From contig OZ024742.1 in assembly GCA_964016885.1 (NCBI GenBank), forward strand, positions 269,700,001 through 269,764,000: DNA of 64,000 bases, written 5' to 3'. Under the pieces are notes generated by a model. That model was not told the DNA's origin. It ran no database searches and was given only the letters and a program-made list of their open reading frames with translations. The position numbers and the translations under genes are program-made. This document shows positions 20,330 through 34,989 of this stretch, piece after piece; position 1 is the first letter of the stretch; each line of letters starts with the position of its first letter. The DNA comes from Eledone cirrhosa (lineage: Eukaryota).

Positions 20330-21400
20330 AGAACATAAGGGCCAGAATATGGAGGTTAAAGATGAGCTGAGATGGTGTCGTTTCGAACGAAAACGTGTGT
20401 CCAATCTTTAATGTCTGAAGGTACATGTGTGGCCGTGTTCTGTTGACGGGTGCTTGCAGGAACAAGTTGAGACATATATTGTCGAAGACGGTGTACGTAT
20501 GATCCTGGGTCTGGAACCTCCTGAGGAGAGATGGGAGAAACCATCTGACCAGGTAGAACCAGGGTGGTGCCGTGCACTAATTCTGCAGGTGTGTGTCCGA
20601 ATTACTCCTTAACGGTGGATCGAATTCCCATAACGATGAGTGGCAAGTATTCAAACCAGTGGGTCTTCTCTGGATATGCTGTTTATTGCAGCTTTCAATT
20701 GGCAATGGGATCTTTCCACGAGACCATTATGTTGCCGGTGATAAGAAGTCTTGCGGATGTGTTTACATCCTAACAGGCGAGTCAGTTTCCTGAAGAGGTG
20801 GGAGACAAACTGGCGTCTTCTGCCCTTTGTTATCTTCACTGGGGCGCCATAACGTGATCCCCAGTGTAAAATCAAAGTTTTAGCTACTGCTTCCGCTGAG
20901 ATATCACTTATGCGAAAAGCCTCAGGCCGTCGGGAAAAACGATCTATGCTGGTGAGCAAGTGTATGCAGTTCTGTGATGGTGGTAGAGGTCCGACGTTGT
21001 CGATATGCACATGATGAAAACGTGCTTCAGGTTGCACGAATGTGCCGAGTGGAGTTTTGATGTGTCTGTTTGACTTTGCTAGGCAATGCAGCTCCTGGAC
21101 CAGTCGCGCACGTCCTTGTTAATGTTAGTCCACACAAAACGAGCAGAGATGAGTTTCGGTGTAGCCCGGATTGGCGGGTGAGACAAGCAGTGTAGAGCAG
21201 AAAAAACTTGTCGACGATGCATCTGTGGTATGTACGCTCGTTCATGACCGGCAGAAAGGTCGCACCAAATTTTTCCCGGAGAAGAAGGAATGGGAACTTG
21301 CTGAAACTTGAGGGATGGTGAATTTCGGAGCTTGATAAACGCTTCATCTGTCTCTTGGTCAGCTGCGATGTGTTGAAGGTCGATGCCTGAATGTACATGT
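20330..21400 (-). pseudogene. Gypsy integrase (frameshifted)
   Basis: RFHHVHIDNVGPLPPSQ, IDRFSRRPEA, HWGSRYGAP, NGLVERSHCQLK, WTHVFVRND. Confidence 0.85.
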
Positions 21401-21551
21401 ATTGCGTTCAGCTGGATTCGGGACAGGGCGTCGGCTGCTACATTCTCTGATTCCTTGATATGCCGAATATCAGTTGATTATTGGGAGACAAAATCCAGGT
21501 GGCGGCGTTCTCTCGGTGAATGTCGATCAGGTTTGGGACGGAACGCATAAA

Positions 21552-23140
21552 CTAGTGGTTTATGGTCGTGTAGATCGCGAAATCCGATCCTTCGAGCATG
21601 TGACGAAAATGTTTTACCGAAAGATAGGTTGCCAAGAGTTCGCGGCCAAACGTATTGTATTTGATTTCTGCAGGTTGCAACAGCTTAGAAAAGAAGGATA
21701 AGGGTTGCCAAACGCCGTCGACATATTGTTGTAAAACGCCTCCAACCGCCGTGTCTGATGCGTCCATTAGCAGCGAAAGAGGAGCGCAAGTTCTGAGGAA
21801 AACGAACATGGAAGCGTTTGCCAACATTTCCTTCAGGCGGTTAAAAGATATTAATTCTTCCTCGTTCAGAGTGACGTCTTCGTATTTCCGAGTCCGGTTG
21901 CGAAGAAGGTCCGTGAAGTATTTGGCTGCGTCAGCACAATGAGGGATGAAACGCCTATAAAAATTCACCAAACCGAGGAATTCCCGCAGTTTCCGAAGTG
22001 ATGTAGGTGCTGGAAAATTGCGGATAGCTACTACTTTCTCAGGAAGGGGACGAATGCCGTCTTTATCCATGATGTGCCCGAGAAAGGACAGTGAAGGAAC
22101 GCCGAGAAGGCACTTGCTGGGGTTGATGATATTACCGTACTCGGCCAAACGTTGGAAAAGAAGATCTAAGTGCTTCTCGTGTTCTTGCTCGGAAGTACTT
22201 GCTACTAGCACGTCGTCGATATACGCGTATACAAAGGGTTGATCGCGTAACGCGGTGTCAATAAACCGCTGACAAGTTTGTGCAGCGTTGCGCAGACCGA
22301 ACGGCATTCGCAGGAATTCAAATAAACCGAACGGTGTTTTGATTGCGGTCTTCGGAATATCTGCAGGCTCCATAGGTATCTGGTTATATGCTCGTACCAT
22401 AACTATGTTGGAAAACATGCGTACGCCTTGCAGAGAGGCAGAAAAGTCGTGAAAGTGAGGTACAGAGTAATTATCGGGTACTGTGAAATTGTTGAGTGCA
22501 CGATAAACTCCACATGGTCGCCAATCATTCTCTGTTTTCTTAGGAACAAGGTGTAGTGGTGCAGACCAGTTGCTGGAGGAAGGGCGAATAATTCCGAGGT
22601 CCAGCATGCGTTGAAACTGCTGTTTGGCGATTATCAATCTGTCTGGAGGCAGTCTACTTGGTTGGGCAGCTGTGGGTGGTCCTCTTGTCTCGATGTGATG
22701 TGTGACACTATGTTTAATAGGTCCATCCTTAAATACCGGGCGAGTGATGTCTGCGTATTTCTGGAGAATGCAGTTGTAACGCGAAGGCTCTGACTGACAA
22801 ATTACAGGGCTCACTGTGGATTGCGTGGTAAATATACCTCTCACAGTGAGGTTTGTGGTGGTGTCAATAAGCCTCCGGTTCTTCATGTCCACCAGAAAGT
22901 AGAAGCGGTGGAGAAAATCGGCTCCTAAGATAGGGGTCGGCAGGTCTGCCACGACGAACACCCAATGAAAACGGCGCCTCAGGCCTAAATTCAAGGTCAG
23001 TGATTTCTCTCCGAAAGTCGGAATTGACGATTGGTTCACTGCCTGCAGAAAGGACGGTGTTGGATGTATTTTGTCCGAGACTAGTGGAACAGGAATAAAA
23101 CTAACCTTGGCTCCTGTATCGACGAGGTAACGGATGCCTG
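21552..23140 (-). pseudogene. pol: Gypsy pol: protease, reverse transcriptase, RNase H
   Basis: [10 protein letters not shown] near 23120; [19 protein letters not shown]; [18 protein letters not shown]; RT motif A decayed ([10 protein letters not shown]). Confidence 0.92.
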
Positions 23141-23493
23141 TCGCTTGGTCGTTGATAAAAAAACAGACGATCTTTCTTCTCAGTACCAGGGGTGAACGTC
23201 GTCGCTAGGCCCTGGGTGGTATTCTGGAAAGAGTACGAGACCTTGCACTTAGATGCCTGTGCGCCGAATTCTGCGTGATACCAGCAGAGGTGGCCAGACA
23301 CACGATTTTGACTGGGACTTCTGGATCTTCGACTGTCAAAAGGCCTGGATCGTCTGTTGCTGCGTCGCCGGTGTGTTTGAAAGGTCAGGTACACTACTTG
23401 ATTTGAGAGGGCTTTAATTTGACCAGCTCGCTCTCTGATCATATCCCGCAGCTCTGATATCTCGGCCTCTGTCGTTGGTTGTGACATGTCCAT
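23101..23493 (-). pseudogene. gag: Gag C-terminal remnant with CHCC-type knuckle
   Basis: RSRSPS...LCWYHAEFGAQASKC; most of gag is missing between the PBS and this fragment. Confidence 0.75.
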
Positions 23494-23519
23494 GTTGGTA
23501 TCTTGTTAGGCTGCTGTCT

Positions 23520-23551
23520 GGTTGCGTGTTCGGATCACGTCGAGGTCACCA
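23520..23551 (-). promoter_or_regulatory. Primer-binding site complementary to tRNA-Trp 3' end (extended)
   Basis: Plus strand ggttgcgtgttcggatcacgtcgaggtcacca matches the metazoan tRNA-Trp 3' end including CCA, 2 nt from the LTR. Confidence 0.85.
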
Positions 23552-23553
23552 AT

Positions 23554-24129
23554 TGTAGCGACGTGGTTAGTTGGTGTGGTCACTACTTCTGATCGGATCC
23601 AAGAATAGCCCTTAAAAGGACTGTTATCGCATACGGTCTGATCGGTCTGAGGATAGCCCTTAAAAGGACTGTTGTCACATACGGTCTGATCGGATCTGAG
23701 GATAGCCCTTAAAAGGACTGTTGTCACATACGGTCTGATCGGATCTGAGGATAGCCCTTAAAAGGACTGTTGTCACATACGGTAAGGATGAACAGACGAA
23801 AGCACAAGTTGAAAGGATGAGCAATGCGAGAGATGTAGTTTCGCCTAGCTATTTATTTTCATACACAAAACGACGATACAGAGGTACAAGGTGTGTGTGC
23901 GTGGCAAGCGTAGCAGAGGAGAGGCACAACGGTATTCGAGTTGACTCTGCTAAAGTCGACTGGCGAGAGTATCTGGAATCACTATTTATACAAAAATAAT
24001 CGCTTGATGTTTAGCCGCTGTGTAGGCGTTTTATTTTGGTGGCTTTAAGGTTGTTTGTTTCACGGAGGGGTAGCTAGCTCAGCAGATAGATGGAGTTGTT
24101 TATTTCACAGATGTTTATCCGGTGGCTTT

Positions 24130-24132
<3 letters not shown>
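23554..24132 (-). repeat. 5' LTR (4 internal 49 bp repeats)
   Basis: Homologous to 18672-19207; TG...CA termini. Confidence 0.88.
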
Positions 24133-24170
<38 letters not shown>

Positions 24171-24603
24171 GTATAAAAGAGAAAACACAGGTAAGCATTA
24201 AGAGAAGGATTTTATCCAGGTATTTACGACAGTTTCATTGGTAAGTGCAACCTTATATTGCTATACTGCAAATAGCAGCCACTCAATTATAATTGTTGTT
24301 CACAGTCCAAATTTTCAATATAGTATTTTGAAAATTTGGACTGTGAACAACAATTATAATTGAGTGGCTGCTATTTGCTGTATAGCAATATAAGGTTGCA
24401 CTTACCAATGAAACGGTCGTAAATACCTGGATAAAATCCTTCTCGTAATGCTTACCTGTGTTTTCTCTTTTATACTTTATACTCCAACATTGAACGGAAT
24501 TCTTACAAACTTGTGGAGTTACCCCTAACCATACGTTGAAACCATCCATGAAACTGGCTTTCTTAACCAAAAACTGGATCACAATAAGCAATGTTTTGCT
24601 TCT

Positions 24604-24609
<6 letters not shown>
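24171..24609 (+). mobile_element. Foldback pLTR fragment with tail
   Basis: Near-perfect hairpin 24171-24475 centred ~24322, ~135 nt tail, TA flanks; GAAACGGTC half-HHR. Confidence 0.75.
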
Positions 24610-24641
<32 letters not shown>

Positions 24642-24645
<4 letters not shown>

Positions 24646-24993
24646 AAAAAGGGATGAAATCGAAAATGCAACTGAAGTCTTATTTTTTAAAAAAATATAT
24701 ATATTTATTTGGTTCCTTTACCGGTTTCGCAGTTCTTCTGCTTTTCAAAAGGTGAGTTGAGATGGAGGGTCTGTGGTTTTTCTCACAGATGTGGGAAAAA
24801 CCACAGACCCTCCATCTCAACTCACCTTTTGAAAAGCAGAAGAACTGCGAAACCGGTAAAGGAACCAAATAAATATATATATTTTTAAAAAAAATAAGAC
24901 TTCAGTTGCATTTTCGATTTCATCCCTTTTTCTTTATACTTCCACTCGTGTAGGACACCTCGGTTATTTATCATTTTGTAAAAAAAACCTCAC

Positions 24994-25000
<7 letters not shown>
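24642..25000 (+). mobile_element. Foldback pLTR fragment with tail and HHR
   Basis: Hairpin 24642-24935 centred ~24788 plus tail; same family as 50674-51128. Confidence 0.8.
24825..24862 (+). ncRNA. Type I hammerhead with U3-A8 core
   Basis: cctt TTGAAAA gcag aagaa ctgc GAAA CCGG TA aagg; mirror copy 24715-24752 (-); identical copy 50953-50990. Confidence 0.8.
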
Positions 25001-25025
<25 letters not shown>

Positions 25026-25032
25026 CATAGAT

Positions 25033-25155
25033 TGTGTTATAAACTGAAAATAGTCTTTTACAATTAGATAGCTCAAAGAAGGGATTGTTTCCGAGTCGTG
25101 TAAAATAATTGGATATATGACAGGGATGAACACAGATATAAGTAGACACGTGTTC
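25033..25155 (-). repeat. Dispersed pLTR-end-like repeat
   Basis: Homologous to 34693-34815; both abut (TA)n. Confidence 0.55.
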
Positions 25156-25896
25156 CAATTGCAAATGACCAAGTTAGTTAAGTTGAAAAAATACTAATCG
25201 AAAACGTTTGCACCAACGTTTTATCCTTCTCCTAATTATTAAATTAAGTTTTGAATTTAAAATTTTAATACCTAATTTTTAACCTTTAATTTAAATTTAG
25301 TTCTTTCAATATCTTAAAATTTGAGTTTGAACTTTAATTTCTTAATATTTTTTTTTTTAACAATTTTTTTAAAATGTTAATCACAAATTTCCTTTTATGT
25401 TCTGAATTCTCAAATTTTCTCTATATGGTTATTACTCTAATTCACCCCCATCCATTATATATTTTTATAGAAACTTTATAAACCTTCAAGCTCTTCAGCT
25501 AGTCAGCAGTTTCGTGTATATAGTGAAAACTTGGACGGGAACAAAAGCAGAGAGGCAGACAAATAAAGGTTTATTAGGTTCATGCTCTTAAGAGTATATA
25601 TATATGTGTGTGTGTGTTATTTATTCTATAGAAATATTTCCCGGTTTACTTATCTTCTGATTTTGTTCCATATTTGTATTTTTTCCTATCACCTATTCTA
25701 TCTTCTGTGAAGAACAAAATCCGAAAGTTAAGAGTGTCTTCTATCATATCGAGCATCTCATTTTAATATATCGCGGCATCGTAACCATATTGTTCACCCG
25801 TGGTTTTGATCTTTCACTTATATATTGTCAATTGCGGATATGCAGAATATTGTTAAGTTGCATATTTGTACAAATAGTGATAATAATAATAATAAT

Positions 25897-26068
25897 AATT
25901 GTTTCTACTTTTGGCACAAGGCCATCAATTAATACAGTGTATTACTGGTACTTTATTTTATCGACCCCATAAGGATGAAAGGCAAAGTTAACCTCGCTGG
26001 GATTTGAACTTAGACCATAAAGTGCCGTAACTCTTTGCTGCAAAGCATGGCGTCAGACCCTCTACCGA
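25897..26068 (-). mobile_element. tRNA-derived SINE
   Basis: Homologous to 37087-37275 and 58086-58276. Confidence 0.8.
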
Positions 26069-26874
26069 AAATTAATTTTCACATACATGTTCATTCGGAG
26101 AAGTGAGTTCAATTCTCTGTCCATCCTTCTCTGCTTTTATCTTGGTTGTGAATGGTAGTAGGAGAGGTTAGAAGAAGGAGGGGAGAGGTGAAGACGAAAG
26201 AGGAGGTGGCGGCGGGGATAGTTGTGTTGGCACACTGCTGTGAGAGACCCTTTGAGGAGTGGGTACAAGTTTCAGCTGGGATTGGTTTAAAGGCCTGTCG
26301 ACCTTAGAGTCGACTGGGGGGGGGGGGTTGCTTCTAAAAGTATCTATCTTGGTATTCTTTCTTTGAAGAAATCATCAACATTGACCTAGATTTTTGTCAC
26401 AAAGAAGATTAAGAGTTATTGAAATACTAATTCCATCCCTAGCACAAATTTCAGATTTAGGAGGATTTATACTATTTATAATACTTGTTTATATATATAT
26501 ACAAAGAGAGAGAAAGAGTTGTGTGTGTGTCTGCGATGCTGAGACAGAGGAGACCATAAATCATAGTAGAACATATGTTGTTTATTTATTAATAACAAAA
26601 TGAAAAATACTGTTCTTTAGTTACACACACATACACTCATATCCACACTCACATCGCTCACAAACATATTAATTTTTTAAGTAGGCTGTTTTGTTGTTGG
26701 AACGAACGGAACCCACTTCCTCGGAATCGACGAAGGCCCAACAGCGATACAACATATATATATATATATATATTTCATTTTGACGCTATATTCACTTATA
26801 TATTATGGAATACTGTTGGCTTCTTGCTCACAACAATTTCTATACTTTTCATTTATATATATATATATATATAT

Positions 26875-27440
26875 ATTAAGATAAGCAGAACAAGTAAAAT
26901 TCAACCAATTTTTCAAAATAAAGTAAAAAATATAATATAAATATTTACCTCTTCTAATGGCCCTTACTGATCAGTTTCGCTTTGTTAAACCCCAGAATCC
27001 AATGGATATCTGATGGAAAACCAAAGCTCATCAGAGAAGCATTTTCCTTTCCTAGGGCTAAACGACCCAGGAACGATAAAATATATGACCTCCTGCCAGC
27101 TAATACAGGTCTGAAAGGTCGTAAAAGTGACCCGTATGTAAACCGGACCGAAGTAAAAGTGGGAAAACCACAGACTTGCTGTCTATAATTACTACTAAAA
27201 AAAAATAGCAGCTAAATAGAACAACAGATTTGTTCTCTACATAACGGAGGATAATGAATGAAGTTAATATGTCCAAAGATATTAAGTACCCCTAGAAATA
27301 TATAGGTTGTCTATGATTCAAGGTTGTTCAATGGTATTAATTTGATATACCAGAACTTTAATATTAAGATAAGCAAAACAAGTAAAATTCAACCAATTTT
27401 TCAAAATAAATTAAAAAATATAATATAAATATTTACCTTT
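26875..27440 (-). mobile_element. Retrozyme-like element, ~490 bp unit (family C), 1.15 copies
   Basis: 26877-26950 repeated at 27365-27440; minus-strand HHR CTGATGA gctttg...caaagc GAAA CTGATCAG TA at ~26959-27040. Confidence 0.7.
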
Positions 27441-28729
27441 TATATATATATATATGTATGTATGTGTGTGTGTGTATGTGAGTGTGTGTGTGTGTGTGTG
27501 TCTGTGTGTGTGTATAAAGTTAACATTGGACCTACATTGATGGTGATGACGAGCGTTCAAAAGAAATTAACATGTAAGAGGCTTCATATTTCACTTGGGC
27601 CCTACTTGATTTTCAAGTTGATGAAGCGTGACATTGTGTGCAACATGACTGACTCTCTGAGATACAGGTAAACATCTTTCATTTCCAGTGGAATGAACTG
27701 GAACAATGTTAATTGCTGTGTTAAAGGTCTAAACACGCCACCGTGATCTGAAATCACAACTTTTCTACTGCGAGGTTGCCCCATTACCCAATACGAGTAC
27801 AACGTAAAACATATCAGATTTGCAAGCGCACATACATTACTGCACACACAATCACACGTACACATATTTGTGTTTATCCATGCATAACTACATATTATTA
27901 ATTGCATTTACCCAGTTCCCCTCTCGCAGACGATTAACAAATAAGCACCTATTTCCCATTTTACTTAAATACTTGCTGTTTAGTTCACATAAACTCATCT
28001 TGATCTTCACAACTAAATAAAAATAACGTTAGATGCTAAACAGACACACAAACTAAGTTTTATACGAATAATAAGCGAAAGTGCTCGGGATAGATGAATC
28101 ATGTTACCGGAAGTTCGACCATAAACATACATATTACTTTTCAGTAACTCATGCCAGTAATATTAGCAGTTTGTTTAATTTCCCCAATAAATGCTGAAAC
28201 GTGATGCCGGCTTATTAATGAAATATCAGTTGGTTTTCAAAATGCTTAGGATCCTATTATTCTCCCCAAAAAAAGAATCTGTCTTTAATTTCCTGTCAAC
28301 GTCAATTTTCACTGTTGTTATTTTATGTTAAGAAACAAGTATATTTGCAACCCGTTGTCTGATATTTTATTGTTGACGCTTTTTCATGAGGCATTTTCTT
28401 TAATACGAGTTAATTTCTGTTTAGCTGTCGATGATCAATTCCTGTTTATTCACGCTTGGAAAAAGTGGGTGGTTCAGCAAGGTTTTTTAATTCCTTTCTA
28501 AATGAAATGCCTATGGCTTCAGACAGATTAAGATTGAAGCCATTAAAATATTTAATTGTATTCCACAAACATACTTTTATATGCTATATTTTCCACACTC
28601 ATATCAGCATACAAACCAAACACACACGGCCATATGTACATTTGTATATATGTATACACACACATACACACACACACACACATATATATATATGTATATA
28701 TATACACACATATATATAATGTATATAAT

Positions 28730-29147
28730 ACGTTTTTTAATTTGTTTTGCGACAGTTCTTATCTGAAAACGGGTGTTGAGTTATATATTGTTATACTTTG
28801 GGAGGGTCATGCTGCCAATAAAAACACATCCACCTATTGGTTTTCACTTCAATTTATCATACGTTCCAGGTTGGCTGGTTGGTTTGATAACCGGGGGTTT
28901 CTTTTTATATTGTCAAATCTCTTTCGTCACACATTGTGTTACCTCCTCAGTGACTAGGTTTTTATTTTGTGTCTCTCTCCTTTCTTTTGTCCTACACCAT
29001 CTTGTTTTTGTGTGTTGTGTATAAACAACCTTGTATACAAAAAAACCTTCTGGTTTTCGAATCCAATCAACCGGAAACTTATAATAAATTGAAGTGAAAA
29101 CCAATAGGTGCGGGTGTTTTTATTGACAACATGATCCTCCCAAAGTA
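28730..29147 (-). mobile_element. Old foldback insertion with tail
   Basis: 28795-28910 is a diverged inverted repeat of 29030-29146; tail on the left; TA/CA flanks. Confidence 0.6.
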
Positions 29148-30239
29148 CACACACACACATATATATATAACGTATGTATATATATATATATATATATATA
29201 TACATACATACAAGTTTATTAATGGAAAAAGTATACTTCTTTCATCGAAATAACATATGTTTTCTCTTTGAATGAGATTTGACCTCCAATCTCCAATTAT
29301 TCGAAATGTTGGTAAAATTAATTTCTTATAATCATGTCAATCTTTGAATTTAGTTAAATAACAATATCGTAATGATTCATTCTCCTCTGAGAGAAAAAAA
29401 TAGCGTGTCGTGAATTTTGTCATTGAAATATGGAGATTACCTTTATTTGAGTACAGAGTTTATCTCGACAGACCAATTTTTTTATGTGTCTTGTATTTTT
29501 CCCGTTGCACGTATGCTTTAGAAACATATAGACAAATATAATCCACTTTTACTTCTTGTAAAGAGAGACAATTCATGGAATTCATATTTTTCTCTAAAAA
29601 TAACATTTAGATAAGTGGATAGCATAGCATACACGCAGAAATGCATATACCATGTTGGTATGTTATTGTTCTCCTAAATGTATTCATATATGCATTTACC
29701 TAAGCATATTCACAGGGTCATTTGCCCATAATGTGTGGGAACACACGGAGAGACGTACTAGCTTTCAAGGACCTACATGCAATACTATTTGCATTCACCT
29801 ATGCCAAAGAGTCCAATTATAAAGTTCAAGTGAAATTACTATATGTGCATTTCCGAGTATGAATACCCGTTTAATTAAAAAGTAGATTGAAAGTATACAA
29901 TCAATGCTAAGAATAGAAAATGAAAGAATACGTTAGGGGGGATGTGCATGGTATATAAGGACCCCTAAGTGGGATCGTATAACTTATTGAAGAACAAATA
30001 ATCGAGGTGATGTGGACAATACGTTTCTGAATCATTTCTAGTATTCATAGTGTTAGGCTTCAACACTGTGCTATTATACGTTTCAGATAGATATAAACGA
30101 CGACAGGCCTTATGTCCATTGTATGGGACAGGTCTATCTAGAATTCACCAATATATGTTATATGTAGTTTTAGACTTGACTACTTTAGCTATATACTGTG
30201 TGAAGGAAGAAGTGTGCTTAAGCTCATTATTTATAAACA

Positions 30240-30500
30240 AAACTTTGCCTTTCATCCTTACGGGGTCGATAAAATAAAGTACCAGTAATGCACTGGGTAA
30301 TTGCTGGCCTTGTGCCTAAACTAGAAACAATTATTTATAAACAACGGGGTGGATTGGCATAAAGTTATGGCCATTTACAGTCTAAGTTCAAATCTTATCG
30401 AGGTTAACTTTCGCTTTCATCCTTACGGGGTCGATACAATAAAGTACCAGCAATACACTGTGATAATTGCTGGCCTTGGGCCAAAAGTAGAAACAATTAC
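30240..30500 (+). mobile_element. Two tandem SINE copies (partial and internally deleted)
   Basis: ctttcatccttacggggtcgat...aaagtaccag core present twice. Confidence 0.75.
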
Positions 30501-30559
30501 TTTTAAACAAGTTCAAGTCGGAATAATGGCGTTTTTTAATGGTGCCTCGATTTATGTAC

Positions 30560-31680
30560 TACTAGAGGACTAGGATTTTACAGTACATTTGTATAGTACA
30601 TTATTATCTAGGCATACTCCACCAAAAGGACATTTATGAGGATCCCAACAGCTACAGCTTATATTACATAAAGGTGTTTACACTGGCTCCCTAGGCCTAT
30701 TCAGTGTACTTACATTCGAAACATTTGGTATGTTATTTGAGTTGGTATTTGGTGGATTGCGTTGTAATGAATTATTGATGCTAGTAGATTATATAAGTTT
30801 GGAAAGTTCCTGATGGTTGTTAAATGATATATAATCTGTGTTAGCGGTGGTAAAAAAAAGAAAACATAATTATATTCTATTTTATTAATAAATGGTATTT
30901 GTGGTCAGGTGGGAAATTACTATCTAGAATATTGAAGATTATTTTAGGTATATTAGACGCTACAGTCAGGTTATGTGTATGGTCTATGTCGTCTGTATGT
31001 GTTAGTTTTTTTTAGTGGATCCAACATTTTTCTTATTCTGGGGAATTTCTGTTAGGTGTTTGTTCGTTATTTTGTTAAGTTTGCTCCTATCAATGTTGCG
31101 ACTAAGTGGTTTTACTGTATATTTAAGATTTTTACTTCTATGTATGTGAAACTTAGTGTTAAGTGTGGGAAGCAAACCAGTATATTTATTTTATTTATCG
31201 AGAATATATTAGTTGTTTTGTTTTATTATTGGGTATAGGTTCATGGTATTTTATTGAGTTAGTAATATTAGTGGGTTTATTGATATTCCCATAATTGGAA
31301 ATCTTATTAAAATTATTAAGATTTCTAGAGTGTGTGACGATATACGTATTAATAAGAAATCATGTAGAACCCCTATGAGGGTTTTATGTAACCTTATTTC
31401 TATATCCTGATCTATATAGTGTATCATTATGATAACAGACTATGGTAATATATATGTTTTTTGTAGCTGATAGTGTCAAGATTCTATGTTATATGCTTGT
31501 AAATTGAGCAATACAGACCATTGATATACATTTGATATACATTCGCCTGGCTTACGGTAGTGTCGGTAAAGTCGTGTAGCTTCTTCAAAAGTAGCACCCA
31601 TAAAATTCCCCATCTTACGGTTAGACTGAATAGTTATGGTGAGTCTATAATTCCTGACGAAACTATGCATTCTTTTTTAT
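30560..31680 (-). pseudogene. Possible highly decayed retroelement (PLE-like) coding remnant
   Basis: Strand-biased composition like the other PLE bodies; only weak motif traces. Confidence 0.25.
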
Positions 31681-31707
31681 TCAGGTTTTCTGTCCTATGG
31701 TCATTAT

Positions 31708-31892
31708 AATTGGCAGTATCGGTAGAGCGTCGAACAACATGCTTTGCAGCGTAGTTAAGGCCCTTTACGGTTTGAGTTCAAATCCCGCCGAGGTTAACTT
31801 TGCCTTTCATCCTTACAGGGTCGATAAAGTAAAGTACCAGTAATGCACTGGTATAATTGCTGCCCTTGTGCCCAAAGTAGAAGCAGATTATT
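31708..31892 (+). mobile_element. tRNA-derived SINE
   Basis: A box tggcagtatcgg, B box gttcaaatc, shared core. Confidence 0.82.
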
Positions 31893-32268
31893 TACAGTAA
31901 ATAATTGGACATCATCTCTCAATCGAAATATTTGCAAGATAATAGATTTAGTTTTTTAAAAAAGAAGCATAACTTTTCAATTAATACACTTGTTTATATT
32001 TGGTCTGCATTCATATGTATAACCATTCTTCCACGCTATTATTTTCTATTTTTCTAAACCTTATATATTATATAAATGCATTGACCTATTCCTTTTATTT
32101 AAAAAAAAAAGCTGCTAATACAAACTAAATTTCAATTCTCTACTTTCCTTTAGGAATTGTTGATATATGATATATTTCTAGTTATATATATATATATATA
32201 TACATATATATATTTATATATATATATAAATGCATACACACACACACCCCCGCACGCCCCCCCCCCCT

Positions 32269-32329
<61 letters not shown>

Positions 32330-32997
32330 CATTATGGTAAAAGTATATATACAAAGCTCTAATTAATGTGAAAATTATATGATAGTATATAATAACCACG
32401 TTAAGAATTTGCTCAATGTGTCTAATTATTGGTTTGGAGAAGTAGAATTTTTAGGGAGAAAGAGTTGGAAAGGCAGAGATAAAAAGAGAGCAAATGTAAT
32501 CAAATATATGCATGGAAAAATAAGAATTCAAAGCATTTCCAATTCTTTAATTGATTTAAGAGAGTTGTAGATCATATTATTCTAATAATTTTAGGTGGAA
32601 ATTCGTATAATAAAAGTCTATGCACACACAATTATATAGAGATACGGCTTGTAATTATTTTCTTCGGATGAATAAAACAAAACACATTAAATTGAAGCAC
32701 AATATATCTGAAATCCAATTCCAACCTGAGACAGGAAGGGGACGTCTCAAGTGTATCCATTGTCATAGTGAGTGGCTAATAACGTGATAATTAACGTTTC
32801 GTGAATTTGACGAAGCTAATATTGCTAGCAAATGATTCACACTTATGTACCAAGGAAACTAACTCCTAAAATTATATATTATCATAGTATTATATTAAAA
32901 CAATTAATCCAAAATCAAACATGCACATAAATAGGTATATATACAGAGATACACGTTTATATATATGAATATGGATATACTTATATTCGTATAGACT

Positions 32998-34458
<1,461 letters not shown>

Positions 34459-34637
34459 TGATTGGAAATTTTACCTTTCCTTCGGATTTTAATTTTGACA
34501 CTAATACTCCGTTTTACATCATCTACCTGTTCCCTTGAATGGAATTGGAGATATACTAAAGCGCGGAGAACTTAATATTGCTAATAAAAATTCATTGGAC
34601 CGTTTTGCACAACCAATAATACACCTTACTATATAAC

Positions 34638-34695
<58 letters not shown>

Positions 34696-34942
34696 TTAGA
34701 AACTCAAAATAGTCTCTTACAATTGCATAGCTCTAAGAAAAAAGCTTTTCCGAGCCGTGTAATATAATTGAATATACAAGAGAGATGAAGACTAATATAA
34801 ACATACATGTGTCCGACTCTCTACCGATACTGCCAATCCACCGCCCTCTATTAATAAAAATAATAACACCTAGACAGTTATAGAAACTGTTCCTTAATTT
34901 ACTACTTTAAATTAAGTCTGGTAAACCATATTGGTGTTGTTC

Positions 34943-34989
<47 letters not shown>

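Larger units (their letters stand above)
18672..24132 (-). mobile_element. Gypsy LTR retrotransposon, CsRn1-like, decayed
   Basis: Two TG...CA LTRs, tRNA-Trp PBS, CWYH gag knuckle, domain order PR-RT-RNaseH-IN. Confidence 0.92.

Noticed and set aside
23520-23551. tRNA-Trp gene
   Set aside because: Only the 3' part with encoded CCA, adjacent to the LTR, so it is a PBS
24171-25000. MITE or pre-miRNA interpretation of the hairpins
   Set aside because: Asymmetric tail, different junctions between family copies (24788 vs 50750) and HHR content fit PLE-type inversions
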